Of a stretch of DNA of 61,050 bases, positions 50,240 through 59,050 are shown piece after piece. Where the stretch lies: positions 1 to 61,050 of the forward strand of contig JAJDNX010000123.1 of NCBI GenBank assembly GCA_022340485.1, given 5' to 3'. The DNA is from Gammaproteobacteria bacterium (lineage in GTDB: Bacteria; Pseudomonadota; Gammaproteobacteria; UBA9214). Numbering within the stretch: the first letter of the stretch is position 1; every line of letters begins with the position of its first letter. Position numbers and translations under genes: made by a program. The notes under the pieces are model-generated. The model did not search any database. It saw only the letters and a list, made by a program, of their open reading frames with translations, and had not been told where the DNA came from.

Positions 50240-51295
50240 ATGTGGCGAGGGGATGAGGTGATTCGCTGGATAGTTTGTATTCTGTTGCTGGGAATAACCA
50301 TTGAGGCGATGGGTGCCCCCCGGGGTGGGGAATTGTATTCGGCGCATTGTGCGGCTTGTCATGGCGACACCGGTGGAGGTGGCGTCGGTGTGCCGCTGTC
50401 CCTGCCGTCCTTTCTGGACAGCGTAGACAACGATTTCCTGCGTATCACCATCCGCCATGGCCGGCCCGGTCGGGTGATGCCTGCCTTCAGACAGCTCAGT
50501 GATGCGCAGATCGATGCCATCGTGCGCTTTATCCGCGGCTGGTCCAATAAGCCGGCCCCTGTTTTTTCCGATAAACCCATTCAGGGGGATGTGCAGCATG
50601 GCAAGCAGCTTTTTGCCAGCTATTGTGCTGGCTGTCACGGTGCCGATGGTGAAGGCGGCAAGGGAACCGGGGTAACCTTCTCGCGCAAACGAGAGCTCCC
50701 GGTTATTGCGCCGGCACTGAACAATGCCGGCTTCCTGGCAGCGGCATCGGATGAAATGATCCGGCATACCCTGCAGTATGGTCGTGAGGGAACACCGATG
50801 CGCTCATTTCTGGTGCAGGGCCTCTCCGAGCAGGACCTCGAAGACCTGGTCAGTTATGTACGTACCTTTGAACAGCAACCATTGCCCGTGAAGCCTCTGG
50901 TAACGGCCGCCGAGACGACCATTTCGGCGGAGTCACCCTATACGCTGGAAGAAACGATCGACAACCTCAAAGAGGCCATTGTCAGCCAGAATTTTGTCCT
51001 GATCAGGGAAGATACCCTTGAGCATGGCCTCGTCAAGGAAGGTGATGAGGATCCTTCAAAAGTGATCCTGCACTTTTGTAATTTCAAGTTTCTCTTTGAT
51101 GCACTTGCTGTCGATCCGAGAATCGGTATGTTTCTGCCCTGCCAGGTTACCGTGACGGAATCCGCTGGCAAGGTTGTCGTAGCCACCATCAACCCCCTGT
51201 ACCTGAGTCGCTTGTTCAATAATGATGAACTGAGCGAGTTTTGTGAGAGGATGTATGATGTGTACGCCTCGATCCTGGAGGATGCGACACTATGA
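50240..51295 (+). CDS. Dihaem cytochrome c fused to DUF302-like domain
   Basis: CAACH and CAGCH with GRPGRVMP/GREGTPM Met ligands; C-terminal HFCN..GMFLPC.V.V..INP pattern; start may be GTG 50258. Confidence 0.82.
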   Translation: MWRGDEVIRWIVCILLLGITIEAMGAPRGGELYSAHCAACHGDTGGGGVGVPLSLPSFLDSVDNDFLRITIRHGRPGRVMPAFRQLSDAQIDAIVRFIRGWSNKPAPVFSDKPIQGDVQHGKQLFASYCAGCHGADGEGGKGTGVTFSRKRELPVIAPALNNAGFLAAASDEMIRHTLQYGREGTPMRSFLVQGLSEQDLEDLVSYVRTFEQQPLPVKPLVTAAETTISAESPYTLEETIDNLKEAIVSQNFVLIREDTLEHGLVKEGDEDPSKVILHFCNFKFLFDALAVDPRIGMFLPCQVTVTESAGKVVVATINPLYLSRLFNNDELSEFCERMYDVYASILEDATL

Positions 51296-51750
51296 AATGC
51301 TGGTTTGGCGTTATCCTGGTTGCTGCAAGTCTGATGCAGTTGCCGCGACTGGCTGTTGCGGAGGACATGATCATGACACGGTCAATGCAGGCATTCCCGG
51401 AAGCCATGCTGACATTGCAGGAATCGATTGCCGCGCATGGCTATACCGTGTCACGGGTACAGCGTATCGACATCGGCCTGACTGGTATGGGTTACAAGAC
51501 GGACAAGTACCGCATCGTGTTTGCCGGCAAAATCGATGAGATCAGGGAACTGACGGAAAAGGCGCCGCAGCTGACACCCTATTTACCCCCCAAAATATCA
51601 ATCTTTGCCGAAGGCGACCAGACTATCCTGGTGACCATCAACCCGAAGCAGTATGCTGCCATAGCGGGTGATGCGGTGGACCCGGTCTTTTTTGACCGTT
51701 GGGAAAGTGACCTGCGCTCAATCTTTTATGATGTCAACAATACCCGCTAG
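51292..51750 (+). CDS. Periplasmic DUF302-like protein
   Basis: Signal peptide; HGYTV..YLPPKISIF..INP; ATGA overlap. Confidence 0.72.
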   Translation: MKCWFGVILVAASLMQLPRLAVAEDMIMTRSMQAFPEAMLTLQESIAAHGYTVSRVQRIDIGLTGMGYKTDKYRIVFAGKIDEIRELTEKAPQLTPYLPPKISIFAEGDQTILVTINPKQYAAIAGDAVDPVFFDRWESDLRSIFYDVNNTR

Positions 51751-52107
51751 TACCGGGTGTCCCTCGACGACAACCCTGTTGTAGCTGGCACACCGCCTAG
51801 GACACCCCTGGAGCAGCGGCTGGCGTCTGTTTCGAGTCCCTGCTCCGTCAACATTTATTTTCCCTGGGCCGGTCACGAGACCGGGGGTGTCAGGTCCTGC
51901 CGGATTTGGTTGACCGCTGCCCGTTTCACCCTCTATACCAATCCCGCACCAGGTTCGTCCGATAATGCTGGCAATGGCAAGAGTAGCTGCGCTAGTTTTT
52001 TGTCTCGGAATTCTGGCACATCCCAATGAACTCATTGTTCGTGAAGGCTAAAATTTCATTTCAGGATGGTTGGCCATTGTGTCGACAATTGATCACAGGC
52101 AGAATTA

Positions 52108-52123
52108 TGGGAAAAGGTTCCCA
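52108..52123. promoter_or_regulatory. Palindromic operator candidate upstream of DUF6502 gene
   Basis: TGGGAA-AAGG-TTCCCA flanked by ATTA/TAAT. Confidence 0.55.
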
Positions 52124-52214
52124 AATAATGAGTTTGATGCTAGCATGGCTATAAATGTGCTGGCTGAATCCTTCCCGATTCTGTGACCCAGTTTTCACTG
52201 CTGCCGGTTTTGAA

Positions 52215-53024
52215 ATGAGTGCATCTCAGCAACATGCCCTGTTTTCTGCGATTCGACTGCTGCTGCGTCCGCTGGTCCGCATTCTGCTGCGCAACGGGGT
52301 CGCCCATGGGGCATTTGTGGAACTGTCGAAAAAGGTGTTTGTGGATGTGGCCTTTGATGAATTCCCGCCAGAGGGTAAGAAACAGACGTTATCCCGTGTT
52401 TCTGCACTGACCGGATTAACGCGCAAGGACGTGGCGCGCTTGCATGAGTTGCAGCAGACCGATGATTGGTCTTCCCAGGCGCGTTATAACCGTGCCGTGC
52501 GAGTGATCAGCGGGTGGATGAATGACACACGCTTCCTGGATGCCGAAGGGAATCCAGCCGAACTGCCGGTGAGTGGGGAACCACATTCATTTGACGGGCT
52601 GGTCAAGCTATATAGTGGTGACATACCGACCCGGGCCATGCTTTCCACGCTGGTCGAGGCCGGTAGCGTGCAAGAGATCGAGGGCAAGGTTCGCCTGGTA
52701 CGCCATGCCTATATCACCGGCAGTGACCAGGCAGAGAAGCTGAACATTCTGGGAAGTGATGTATTTGAACTGATCTCGACCATTGATCATAACCTGACGG
52801 CTGAACCAGAAAAGCTGTTGTTCCAACGCAAGGTTTCCTACGACAACATCGATCCGGCCGCACTGGCAAAACTCAGGAAAATATCTGCCAGAAAGGCACA
52901 GACACTGCTGGAACAGCTGGACAGGCAGTATGCAAGCCATGAGTTGCAGGACAGTGGTGACGGGGGCAAAACCATCAGCCTGGGTATTTATTACTACGAA
53001 CAGGATTCAACTGAGGAGACATAG
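52215..53024 (+). CDS. DUF6502 family protein (probable HTH)
   Basis: LLRPLVRILLRNGV, SRVSALTGLTRKDV, RVISGW, FQRKVSYD pattern. Confidence 0.8.
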   Translation: MSASQQHALFSAIRLLLRPLVRILLRNGVAHGAFVELSKKVFVDVAFDEFPPEGKKQTLSRVSALTGLTRKDVARLHELQQTDDWSSQARYNRAVRVISGWMNDTRFLDAEGNPAELPVSGEPHSFDGLVKLYSGDIPTRAMLSTLVEAGSVQEIEGKVRLVRHAYITGSDQAEKLNILGSDVFELISTIDHNLTAEPEKLLFQRKVSYDNIDPAALAKLRKISARKAQTLLEQLDRQYASHELQDSGDGGKTISLGIYYYEQDSTEET

Positions 53025-53026
53025 AC

Positions 53027-54514
53027 ATGATAGGCCAGCTACAGAAGGGGATCATTGTCGCCGCTGTGCTTGGATTGGGTGTTTTCATCACCGCATGTGG
53101 TGGTAGCGGTGGCGGTAGCTCACTGGCCGGCGGCGGTATTGGCGGTACCGGCGTGACCTCGGGTACCGTGTCCGGCTTTGGCAGCGTCTTCGTCAACGGC
53201 ATCGAATTTGCAACCGACGGTGCAAGCCGGGATGTTGATGATGTGATCGATATCAGTGATGGCAGGGACGACAACACGGTGTTGGGAATCGGTATGGTGG
53301 TGACCATTACCGGTACCGTGAATGCTGACGGTGTAACCGGTACTGCAGAAAGCATTGTGTACGATGATGACGTCGAGGGACCAGTGGGCGCGATCGTGGC
53401 AGACCAGGATATGGTCACCAAAACCTTTGCGATCTTCCGCACCACGGTGGTGGTCGACCGAAACACCACGGTATTCGTATCAACTGACTATGGCAGTCTC
53501 GCAGAGAATGATTTGCTGGAAGTCAGTGGCTATTTTGGTGCGGACGGAGTGCTGCAGGCTACCCGCGTGGAGAAAAACGGAGTACTGGTCCCGGGCGTCA
53601 GTAATGTGGAGATCAAGGGCGAGGTCAGCGGCTTCAATGGAATCGATACCTTCATGCTGGATGACATCAGTGTTCGTTTTGATGCCGCAACCGCCTTCGA
53701 GGACTTGCCAGGTACGGTGCAGAATGGCCAGTTCGTCGAGGTACAGGGTACGCTGGAGACGGTGACCTCCATCGCGGCCAGGCGCATAGAGCTCGAGGAG
53801 GGTGGTTTTGGTAATGATGTGGATGAGATAAGCCTTGAAGGAATCGTGACGGACTTCAATGGCAGCGGTGATTTCAGGGTGGCAGGCCAGCGTGTGAATG
53901 CTGCAAACGCAACCTTTGAACCAGCTGCACTGCTAACGAGCATTGCCAATAATGCCAAGGTCGAGATCGAGGGCTCGATCGTTGACGGAATACTGCAGGC
54001 CAGGGAGGTTGAGCAACGCGGAGGTGATGTCCGTGTGAGTGCGATCGTTGTCAGCAAGAACAGTTTGGCCGGCACGGTCACACTGCAGGTTGTATCGGGT
54101 CAGCCTTATCTGACCATCTCGAGCAATAGCCAGACGCAAATCGAGGATAAACGCGATGAAGAGGAGCCGTTTTCCATCGACCATATTGATGCGGGTGACT
54201 ACCTCAATGTCGAGGGCTATGTGGATAGCAATGGCGGTATCGTCGCCACACAGATCGAGCGTGAAGAAGCGGGTGATATCGAGTTGCATGGGCCGGCAGA
54301 TGTGCCACCCACCCTGGTTAGCAATCTGGCGGGCGTAGTTTCCATCTTTGGAATCGAAATCGTAACGGATGGTTCAACCGAGTTTGAAGATGCAGACGAG
54401 GCAAGTATCCGTGGCGATGATTTCGGCGCACAGGTCAATGATGCAGATCGGATCGCCTTCGAGGACGATTTTCCTGCAAACGGTATTGCCGACGAGGTTG
54501 AATTCGAAGACTAG
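53027..54514 (+). CDS. DUF5666 repeat acidic lipoprotein
   Basis: Lipobox ITAC; GGGIGGTG; GFGSVFVNG; about six repeated VEV.G..A..IE beta modules; very Asp/Glu-rich. Confidence 0.82.
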   Translation: MIGQLQKGIIVAAVLGLGVFITACGGSGGGSSLAGGGIGGTGVTSGTVSGFGSVFVNGIEFATDGASRDVDDVIDISDGRDDNTVLGIGMVVTITGTVNADGVTGTAESIVYDDDVEGPVGAIVADQDMVTKTFAIFRTTVVVDRNTTVFVSTDYGSLAENDLLEVSGYFGADGVLQATRVEKNGVLVPGVSNVEIKGEVSGFNGIDTFMLDDISVRFDAATAFEDLPGTVQNGQFVEVQGTLETVTSIAARRIELEEGGFGNDVDEISLEGIVTDFNGSGDFRVAGQRVNAANATFEPAALLTSIANNAKVEIEGSIVDGILQAREVEQRGGDVRVSAIVVSKNSLAGTVTLQVVSGQPYLTISSNSQTQIEDKRDEEEPFSIDHIDAGDYLNVEGYVDSNGGIVATQIEREEAGDIELHGPADVPPTLVSNLAGVVSIFGIEIVTDGSTEFEDADEASIRGDDFGAQVNDADRIAFEDDFPANGIADEVEFED

Positions 54515-54535
54515 GCGCGCTTTCACTTCCCCCTT

Positions 54536-54560
54536 TGGCGCCCCTGGGCGCCATTTTTTT
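54536..54560 (+). terminator. Intrinsic terminator after DUF5666 gene
   Basis: TGGCGCCC..GGGCGCCA stem plus T7. Confidence 0.65.
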
Positions 54561-55074
54561 ATCTGCCGGGGAGGCTGGCCGGGTGAGTAAACACATAATC
54601 ATTGCTTTTCACCGGGGTATGGCAACCGAAGCATTCGTTAACAAAATCTGCATCCTTTCCATAGGGTTGCTGCTCCAGCCCGGTCCAGCGGGCAAAACCC
54701 CAGCCACCGGTTTCGCTCCATTTTCTAGCATCCTTGAACATGAATTCTGCATGCACGAACTCGCCGGGAACGACTGCCTTTTGCCAGGCCGCGTGGGTAG
54801 TGTCCTTCCAGACCAGTTTGCCCAGTATGGCGCCATCCGGCCAGGGGTTGGTGTTGCCAGCGCGTGCGGCAGCAACGGCAATGTCGTTGCCAAGAATGAC
54901 ACGCAAGGTATTGTTGTCGAGACGGCTTGATGAACCGATCATGCGCCAGTCCTGGTAATTTTCCGGCAGCGTGATGCCATTGGGTGCTGGCGATACATCG
55001 GTCGCAGCAGAAGTCGGTAGCCACAACAGGGCGGGGAGCATCACTGCGAGTACGAGGTGAAGTGTTGTTTTCAT
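54559..55074 (-). CDS. Cytochrome P460 / c'-beta family protein
   Basis: PENYQDW, WPDGAILGK, MFKD..TGGWGF, C-terminal CFGCH..DYVF. Confidence 0.88.
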   Translation of the reverse strand: MKTTLHLVLAVMLPALLWLPTSAATDVSPAPNGITLPENYQDWRMIGSSSRLDNNTLRVILGNDIAVAAARAGNTNPWPDGAILGKLVWKDTTHAAWQKAVVPGEFVHAEFMFKDARKWSETGGWGFARWTGLEQQPYGKDADFVNECFGCHTPVKSNDYVFTHPASLPGR

Positions 55075-55151
55075 ATGTCAACTCCGAACGGGTCTGGGTT
55101 ATAAAGGAGAGACTGCACGATTTAGACTGCAGTCGCCATTCACGGTGTTGC

Positions 55152-55814
55152 CTATGCCTGTGACCGTCTCAGGTGCCAGGCATGCTCGGACAGAGTCGTC
55201 ACCCCCTTCTCCCTGAAGCGCTGATTTTCCTCAAGCGCATCGAACTCGAACAGTTGTTCTATGCTGAATGCCGGCTCGAACAGGTGATAGACCTCCTCCC
55301 GGGGTACCGAAAAAGGCGGGCCGCTCATTTCAGACTGATTATAGTCCAGCGTAATCAGCAGTCCGGTGGTGCCACCATCAAGCAGTCGGGTCAGATGTTC
55401 GACATAGCCCGGTCGTTGTGACGGGGTGAGCGCAATCAGCGCAGCGCGATCATAGAAGGCAGCCACCTTCCCGGTATCCTCTGCTGTGAGTGAGAAGAAA
55501 TCGGCACACAGTACTTCGAGCTGGTCAACGACATAACGGCGCCCAAACGGCTCCTCATAGACCTCGGGTGTCAGCCTGTTTTCGGCAAAAAAAGCTTCCA
55601 CCGCGAGTCGGCTGATTTCAATGCCAACCACAGGGTGCCCCTGTTCTAGCAGCCACAGGATGTCGAGACTTTTGCCGCACAACGGCACCAGGATGCGGCT
55701 GTCTGCTGCCAAATCCAGTTGCGGCCAATGACGCAGCAGATGGCGGTTTGTCTCGCTTTGGTGGAAGCCAATCTGATTGGCTTGCCAGCGCTCATGCCAG
55801 AAGTCCGGATCCAT
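55152..55814 (-). CDS. tpm: Thiopurine S-methyltransferase
   Basis: MDPDFWHERW..IGFHQ, VPLCGKSLD, YDRAALIAL, GPPFSV. Confidence 0.93.
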   Translation of the reverse strand: MDPDFWHERWQANQIGFHQSETNRHLLRHWPQLDLAADSRILVPLCGKSLDILWLLEQGHPVVGIEISRLAVEAFFAENRLTPEVYEEPFGRRYVVDQLEVLCADFFSLTAEDTGKVAAFYDRAALIALTPSQRPGYVEHLTRLLDGGTTGLLITLDYNQSEMSGPPFSVPREEVYHLFEPAFSIEQLFEFDALEENQRFREKGVTTLSEHAWHLRRSQA

Positions 55815-55892
55815 AGTCGTGACGTATCGCGGGTATTTGCCTACCGATAGTATAATGGCTTTTCCATAACCGCATGTTGCGTCGAGGTGCTT

Positions 55893-56336
55893 GTGACTGA
55901 ACAGCCAACAGAACCCTTCAGGTCGGCCTTCAAGGGCCGCTTTGAAAACGTGTTGCGCTGGGAGCAGCTGGACGCCTTGTGGAAGGTGCTTCGTCGTGAT
56001 GCAGACGGTGGCTGGCATATCTATGCAGTGGGTGAACCGCCACCACAACAACCGGTCAGCGCGGCCTCGTTGCAGAAGTTCCTCACGGAAATTGATCAGT
56101 TATTGCGCAGTGAGCACGAGGAAGACTACTGCGGCGTGGTCTTTGCGGATTCCATGGAAGCGCCACGCTTTGTGAAGATCTTTGACCCCAACAACCTTGG
56201 TGTATCCTGCGGCTTCAGTACCCATCCACCCTTGCCGGGCTGGATACTCTCGAAACTGCCTCCGGTGGATCTGAAAACTCCGCTCGCCATGCCGCGAAAT
56301 CGCCGCCATTGGTGGCAACGTCTCTTTGGCGACTGA
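55893..56336 (+). CDS. Hypothetical protein
   Basis: Protein-like motifs EHEEDYCGVV, KIFDPNNLGVSCG, PLPGW; GAGG before GTG; divergent from tpm. Confidence 0.75.
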   Translation: MTEQPTEPFRSAFKGRFENVLRWEQLDALWKVLRRDADGGWHIYAVGEPPPQQPVSAASLQKFLTEIDQLLRSEHEEDYCGVVFADSMEAPRFVKIFDPNNLGVSCGFSTHPPLPGWILSKLPPVDLKTPLAMPRNRRHWWQRLFGD

Positions 56337-56482
56337 CTGGCGATATGTAAGTTACTGTAAATAAAAAAGATATAAATTTTTGGTTGAAGTATATTAGCTA
56401 TCTTAAATATACTCACGCTACGGATCTTGTGGCAACCTTGCACGGGATCCCCATTTTTTATCAAGCTTGTGGAGAAGCCATA

Positions 56483-56788
56483 ATGAAAAAAGTAACCGGT
56501 ACGTTAATTGCAGGTATTTTATTGAGTGTCAGCGGTTCTGTGTTCGCTGCTGATGGACAGCAAATCTATCAGGCCAGTTGTCAGGCCTGCCATGCCACGG
56601 GTGCAGCAGGTGCCCCGAAATTGGGTGACAAGGAGGCCTGGGCACCGCGTATCGCTACCGGAATGGATGCGCTGCTATCATCCGCGATCAACGGCAAGAA
56701 TGCGATGCCACCGAAGGGTGCCTGCATGTCTTGTTCCGATGAAGATCTGAAGGCGGCTATCGAGTACATGGTCAGCCAAAGCCAGTAG
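56483..56788 (+). CDS. Cytochrome c5
   Basis: CQACH..GAPKLGD..AW, MPPKGAC..CSD. Confidence 0.92.
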   Translation: MKKVTGTLIAGILLSVSGSVFAADGQQIYQASCQACHATGAAGAPKLGDKEAWAPRIATGMDALLSSAINGKNAMPPKGACMSCSDEDLKAAIEYMVSQSQ

Positions 56789-56851
56789 TCTTTATCGGCT
56801 GATACCGGGAGCAGGTTCTTTGGGGCCTGGGCCCAGAAATGCAGTTCATGG

Positions 56852-56882
56852 AATGGCGTGCCACTGGCACGCCATTTTTTTT
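56852..56882 (+). terminator. Intrinsic terminator after cytochrome c5
   Basis: AATGGCGTGCCA/TGGCACGCCATT inverted repeat plus T tract. Confidence 0.65.
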
Positions 56883-56891
56883 GGAGTATCG

Positions 56892-57215
56892 ATGATGAAA
56901 ATGCTTTTTTGCGGAATACTACTCGGAGCTGTAGCCGCGCTTGGCAGTGCCGCGCAGGCGGCTGATGCGCTGGCGGGTAAGACGAGGGCCGGCACCTGTG
57001 CCGGCTGTCACGGGGTGGCCGGTATCAGCAGTAATTCCATGTGGCCAAATCTTGCTGGCCAGCAGCCAGGCTACCTGGTCAAGCAGCTAAAGGCCTTTCG
57101 GGATGGCAGCCGGACGGATCCCATGATGTCAGTGATGGCAAAGCCGCTGACAGATGAGGACATCGCCAACCTGGCCGCCTGGTACAGCGGTCTTCAGCCG
57201 TCCGTTGAGGAGTAG
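56892..57215 (+). CDS. Monohaem cytochrome c553/c554 (c4-like)
   Basis: CAGCHG, WPNLAGQ..YLVKQL, PMM; signal peptide. Confidence 0.92.
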   Translation: MMKMLFCGILLGAVAALGSAAQAADALAGKTRAGTCAGCHGVAGISSNSMWPNLAGQQPGYLVKQLKAFRDGSRTDPMMSVMAKPLTDEDIANLAAWYSGLQPSVEE

Positions 57216-58252
57216 CTGGTCCGGTGGTGTGTATAGAGCATTATCGTGAATAACAGCAGTGCACCTGCCTGGTGCGTTGCCGCAAGGGCCACGGGTACAT
57301 GCAGCAGCAAGGTGGATATGCCCAGGCTGACCTGCAGCACTACGGCTACCAGCATCAGGTGCAGTCCGGTGGTCACCGCTGCAGGCAACGCGTAGCGACG
57401 CGCTGCAATCCACAGCAAGATGACACTGCTGAATACCAGCGTCGCCAGTAGCCGGTGCACAAACTGCACGGTGGCAATGTTTTCAAAAAAGTTACGCCAC
57501 AGCGGGCTCTGCATGAAGATCACCTCGGGTATCCAGTGACCATCCATGAGTGGAAAGGTGTTGTAGGCAAAGCCTGCCTTGAGGCCGGCGACAAAGCCAC
57601 CGGAAAGAATGGTAATGAACACCAGTCCCGTCAACAGCGTGGTGGCGTAACGCAGTCCGGCGGGTATGCTCGCGGTACGCCGTTCGCCGAGCCAAAGTCC
57701 CAGCGCGACATAAAACATATAGGCGTAAATGAGGATGGCCAGTCCCAGGTGAGCCGTGAGCCGGTACTGGCTGACATGCGGGTTATCGATCAGGCCGCTT
57801 TTCACCATGTACCAACCCAGTAACCCCTGCAGGCCGCCGAGCACAAACAGGGTCAGCAGTTTCGGAACCAGTGGTCGGTGTATCCAGCCCCTTGCCAGAA
57901 AAAACAGAAACGGTAACAGGAATACCGTACCGATGGTTCTGCCCAGCAGCCGGTGTGAATACTCAAACCAGTAGATCCCCTTGAAGCCCTCTAGGTCCAT
58001 ACCGATATTGATCTTCTGGTATTCCGGTGATTGCTGGTAAAGCCTGAAGGTCTCTTCCCAGCTGGCCTGGTCCAGAGGGGGCAGGATGCCGAAGATCGGG
58101 TCCCATTCAACCATGGAAAGACCGGACCCCGTCAGCCGTGTCACGCCGCCCAGGATGACCATGGCGTACACCATGAAGCAGCATACAAACAGCCAGGCAG
58201 CAATGCGCCGGTTGTGGGTATGTTCCAGTGCTGGTGTCTGGTCCCGGTTCAT
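57194..58252 (-). CDS. ctaA: Haem A synthase (COX15/CtaA)
   Basis: GGVTRLTGSGLSMVEW, EYSHR, GWYMVKSGL, YRLTAH, VQFVHR, THQ. Confidence 0.93.
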   Translation of the reverse strand: MNRDQTPALEHTHNRRIAAWLFVCCFMVYAMVILGGVTRLTGSGLSMVEWDPIFGILPPLDQASWEETFRLYQQSPEYQKINIGMDLEGFKGIYWFEYSHRLLGRTIGTVFLLPFLFFLARGWIHRPLVPKLLTLFVLGGLQGLLGWYMVKSGLIDNPHVSQYRLTAHLGLAILIYAYMFYVALGLWLGERRTASIPAGLRYATTLLTGLVFITILSGGFVAGLKAGFAYNTFPLMDGHWIPEVIFMQSPLWRNFFENIATVQFVHRLLATLVFSSVILLWIAARRYALPAAVTTGLHLMLVAVVLQVSLGISTLLLHVPVALAATHQAGALLLFTIMLYTHHRTSYSSTDG

Positions 58253-58362
58253 AGGACTGTGCATTCTACCTGATTTCATCAAGCAAACTACTGTTACCGC
58301 GGTGCCGGATGGGAGTTAGAATGTTTCAGGCTGGACAGTCTACAAACCGCGGGAAGGTTCTT

Positions 58363-58869
58363 ATGAAACAGCTGTTCATGTTCGTACTGGCTGGCCTGCT
58401 AATACTGCTGGCCTATTTTTACCTGTACCCTGTCCAGCGACAGGGAGAGCAGGTACTGCCGGGTAATGCTGTCGTTGAGTTCCCTGCAACCCTGCCTGAA
58501 GATGACGAGTCAGTCAGGACGGTCATTGATATCAGTGTTCATACCCTCGAAGGGCTGAAGGTGCTGTTTGATCGTGCAGAGGATCTGGCGATGCGGCCAC
58601 AGGCACAGGGGCAAGGGGCCAGTATAGTACTGGTGCTGCACGGACCTGAAGTGGAGTTCTTCGCCATCGGCAACTATGAAAAGTACAAGGATATTGTTGA
58701 CCAGGCTGCACGCCTGGATGCCTTTGATGTCGTCGACGTGAAAATCTGTCAAACCATGCTGGATGCACGCGGCATCGAGCGGGATGACATACCTTCCTTT
58801 ATCGAGCAGGTGCCTGTGGGGCCGGTTGAAATAGAGCGCCTGGTGCGGCAAGGCTATGTCGCTTTTTGA
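58363..58869 (+). CDS. DsrE/F-like protein with N-terminal membrane anchor
   Basis: VLVLHGPEV..F, VKIC, VPVGPVEI..L...GY pattern. Confidence 0.7.
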   Translation: MKQLFMFVLAGLLILLAYFYLYPVQRQGEQVLPGNAVVEFPATLPEDDESVRTVIDISVHTLEGLKVLFDRAEDLAMRPQAQGQGASIVLVLHGPEVEFFAIGNYEKYKDIVDQAARLDAFDVVDVKICQTMLDARGIERDDIPSFIEQVPVGPVEIERLVRQGYVAF

Positions 58870-58914
58870 TGATTATCCGGAGCAGCTAACCAGCAGATCG
58901 TATCGATATGGAAA

Positions 58915-58972
58915 CCACGCAAGATCGCCAAAGAAAATATCCTAGAAGGAAAACTTTCGTGTTCTTGCGTGG
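58915..58972. repeat. Extragenic inverted repeat (REP-like)
   Basis: CCACGCAAGA ... TCTTGCGTGG arms between convergent genes. Confidence 0.5.
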
Positions 58973-59007
58973 ATTAGTGGCGGTTCGAGGGACCTGAGAA
59001 CTACGGA

Positions 59008-59032
59008 TCGGGGCAGAAAAACCCTGCCCCGA
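59008..59032 (-). terminator. Stem-loop downstream of prk
   Basis: TCGGGGCAG-AAAAACC-CTGCCCCGA. Confidence 0.55.
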
Positions 59033-59050
59033 CAGATGCGCCGCAGCTAC

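Noticed and set aside
51718-52035. Overlapping short ORFs and a weak hairpin (GGGTGTCC..GGACACCC) in the DUF302-DUF6502 gap
   Set aside because: No convincing RBS or motifs, and no match to RNA families I can recognise.
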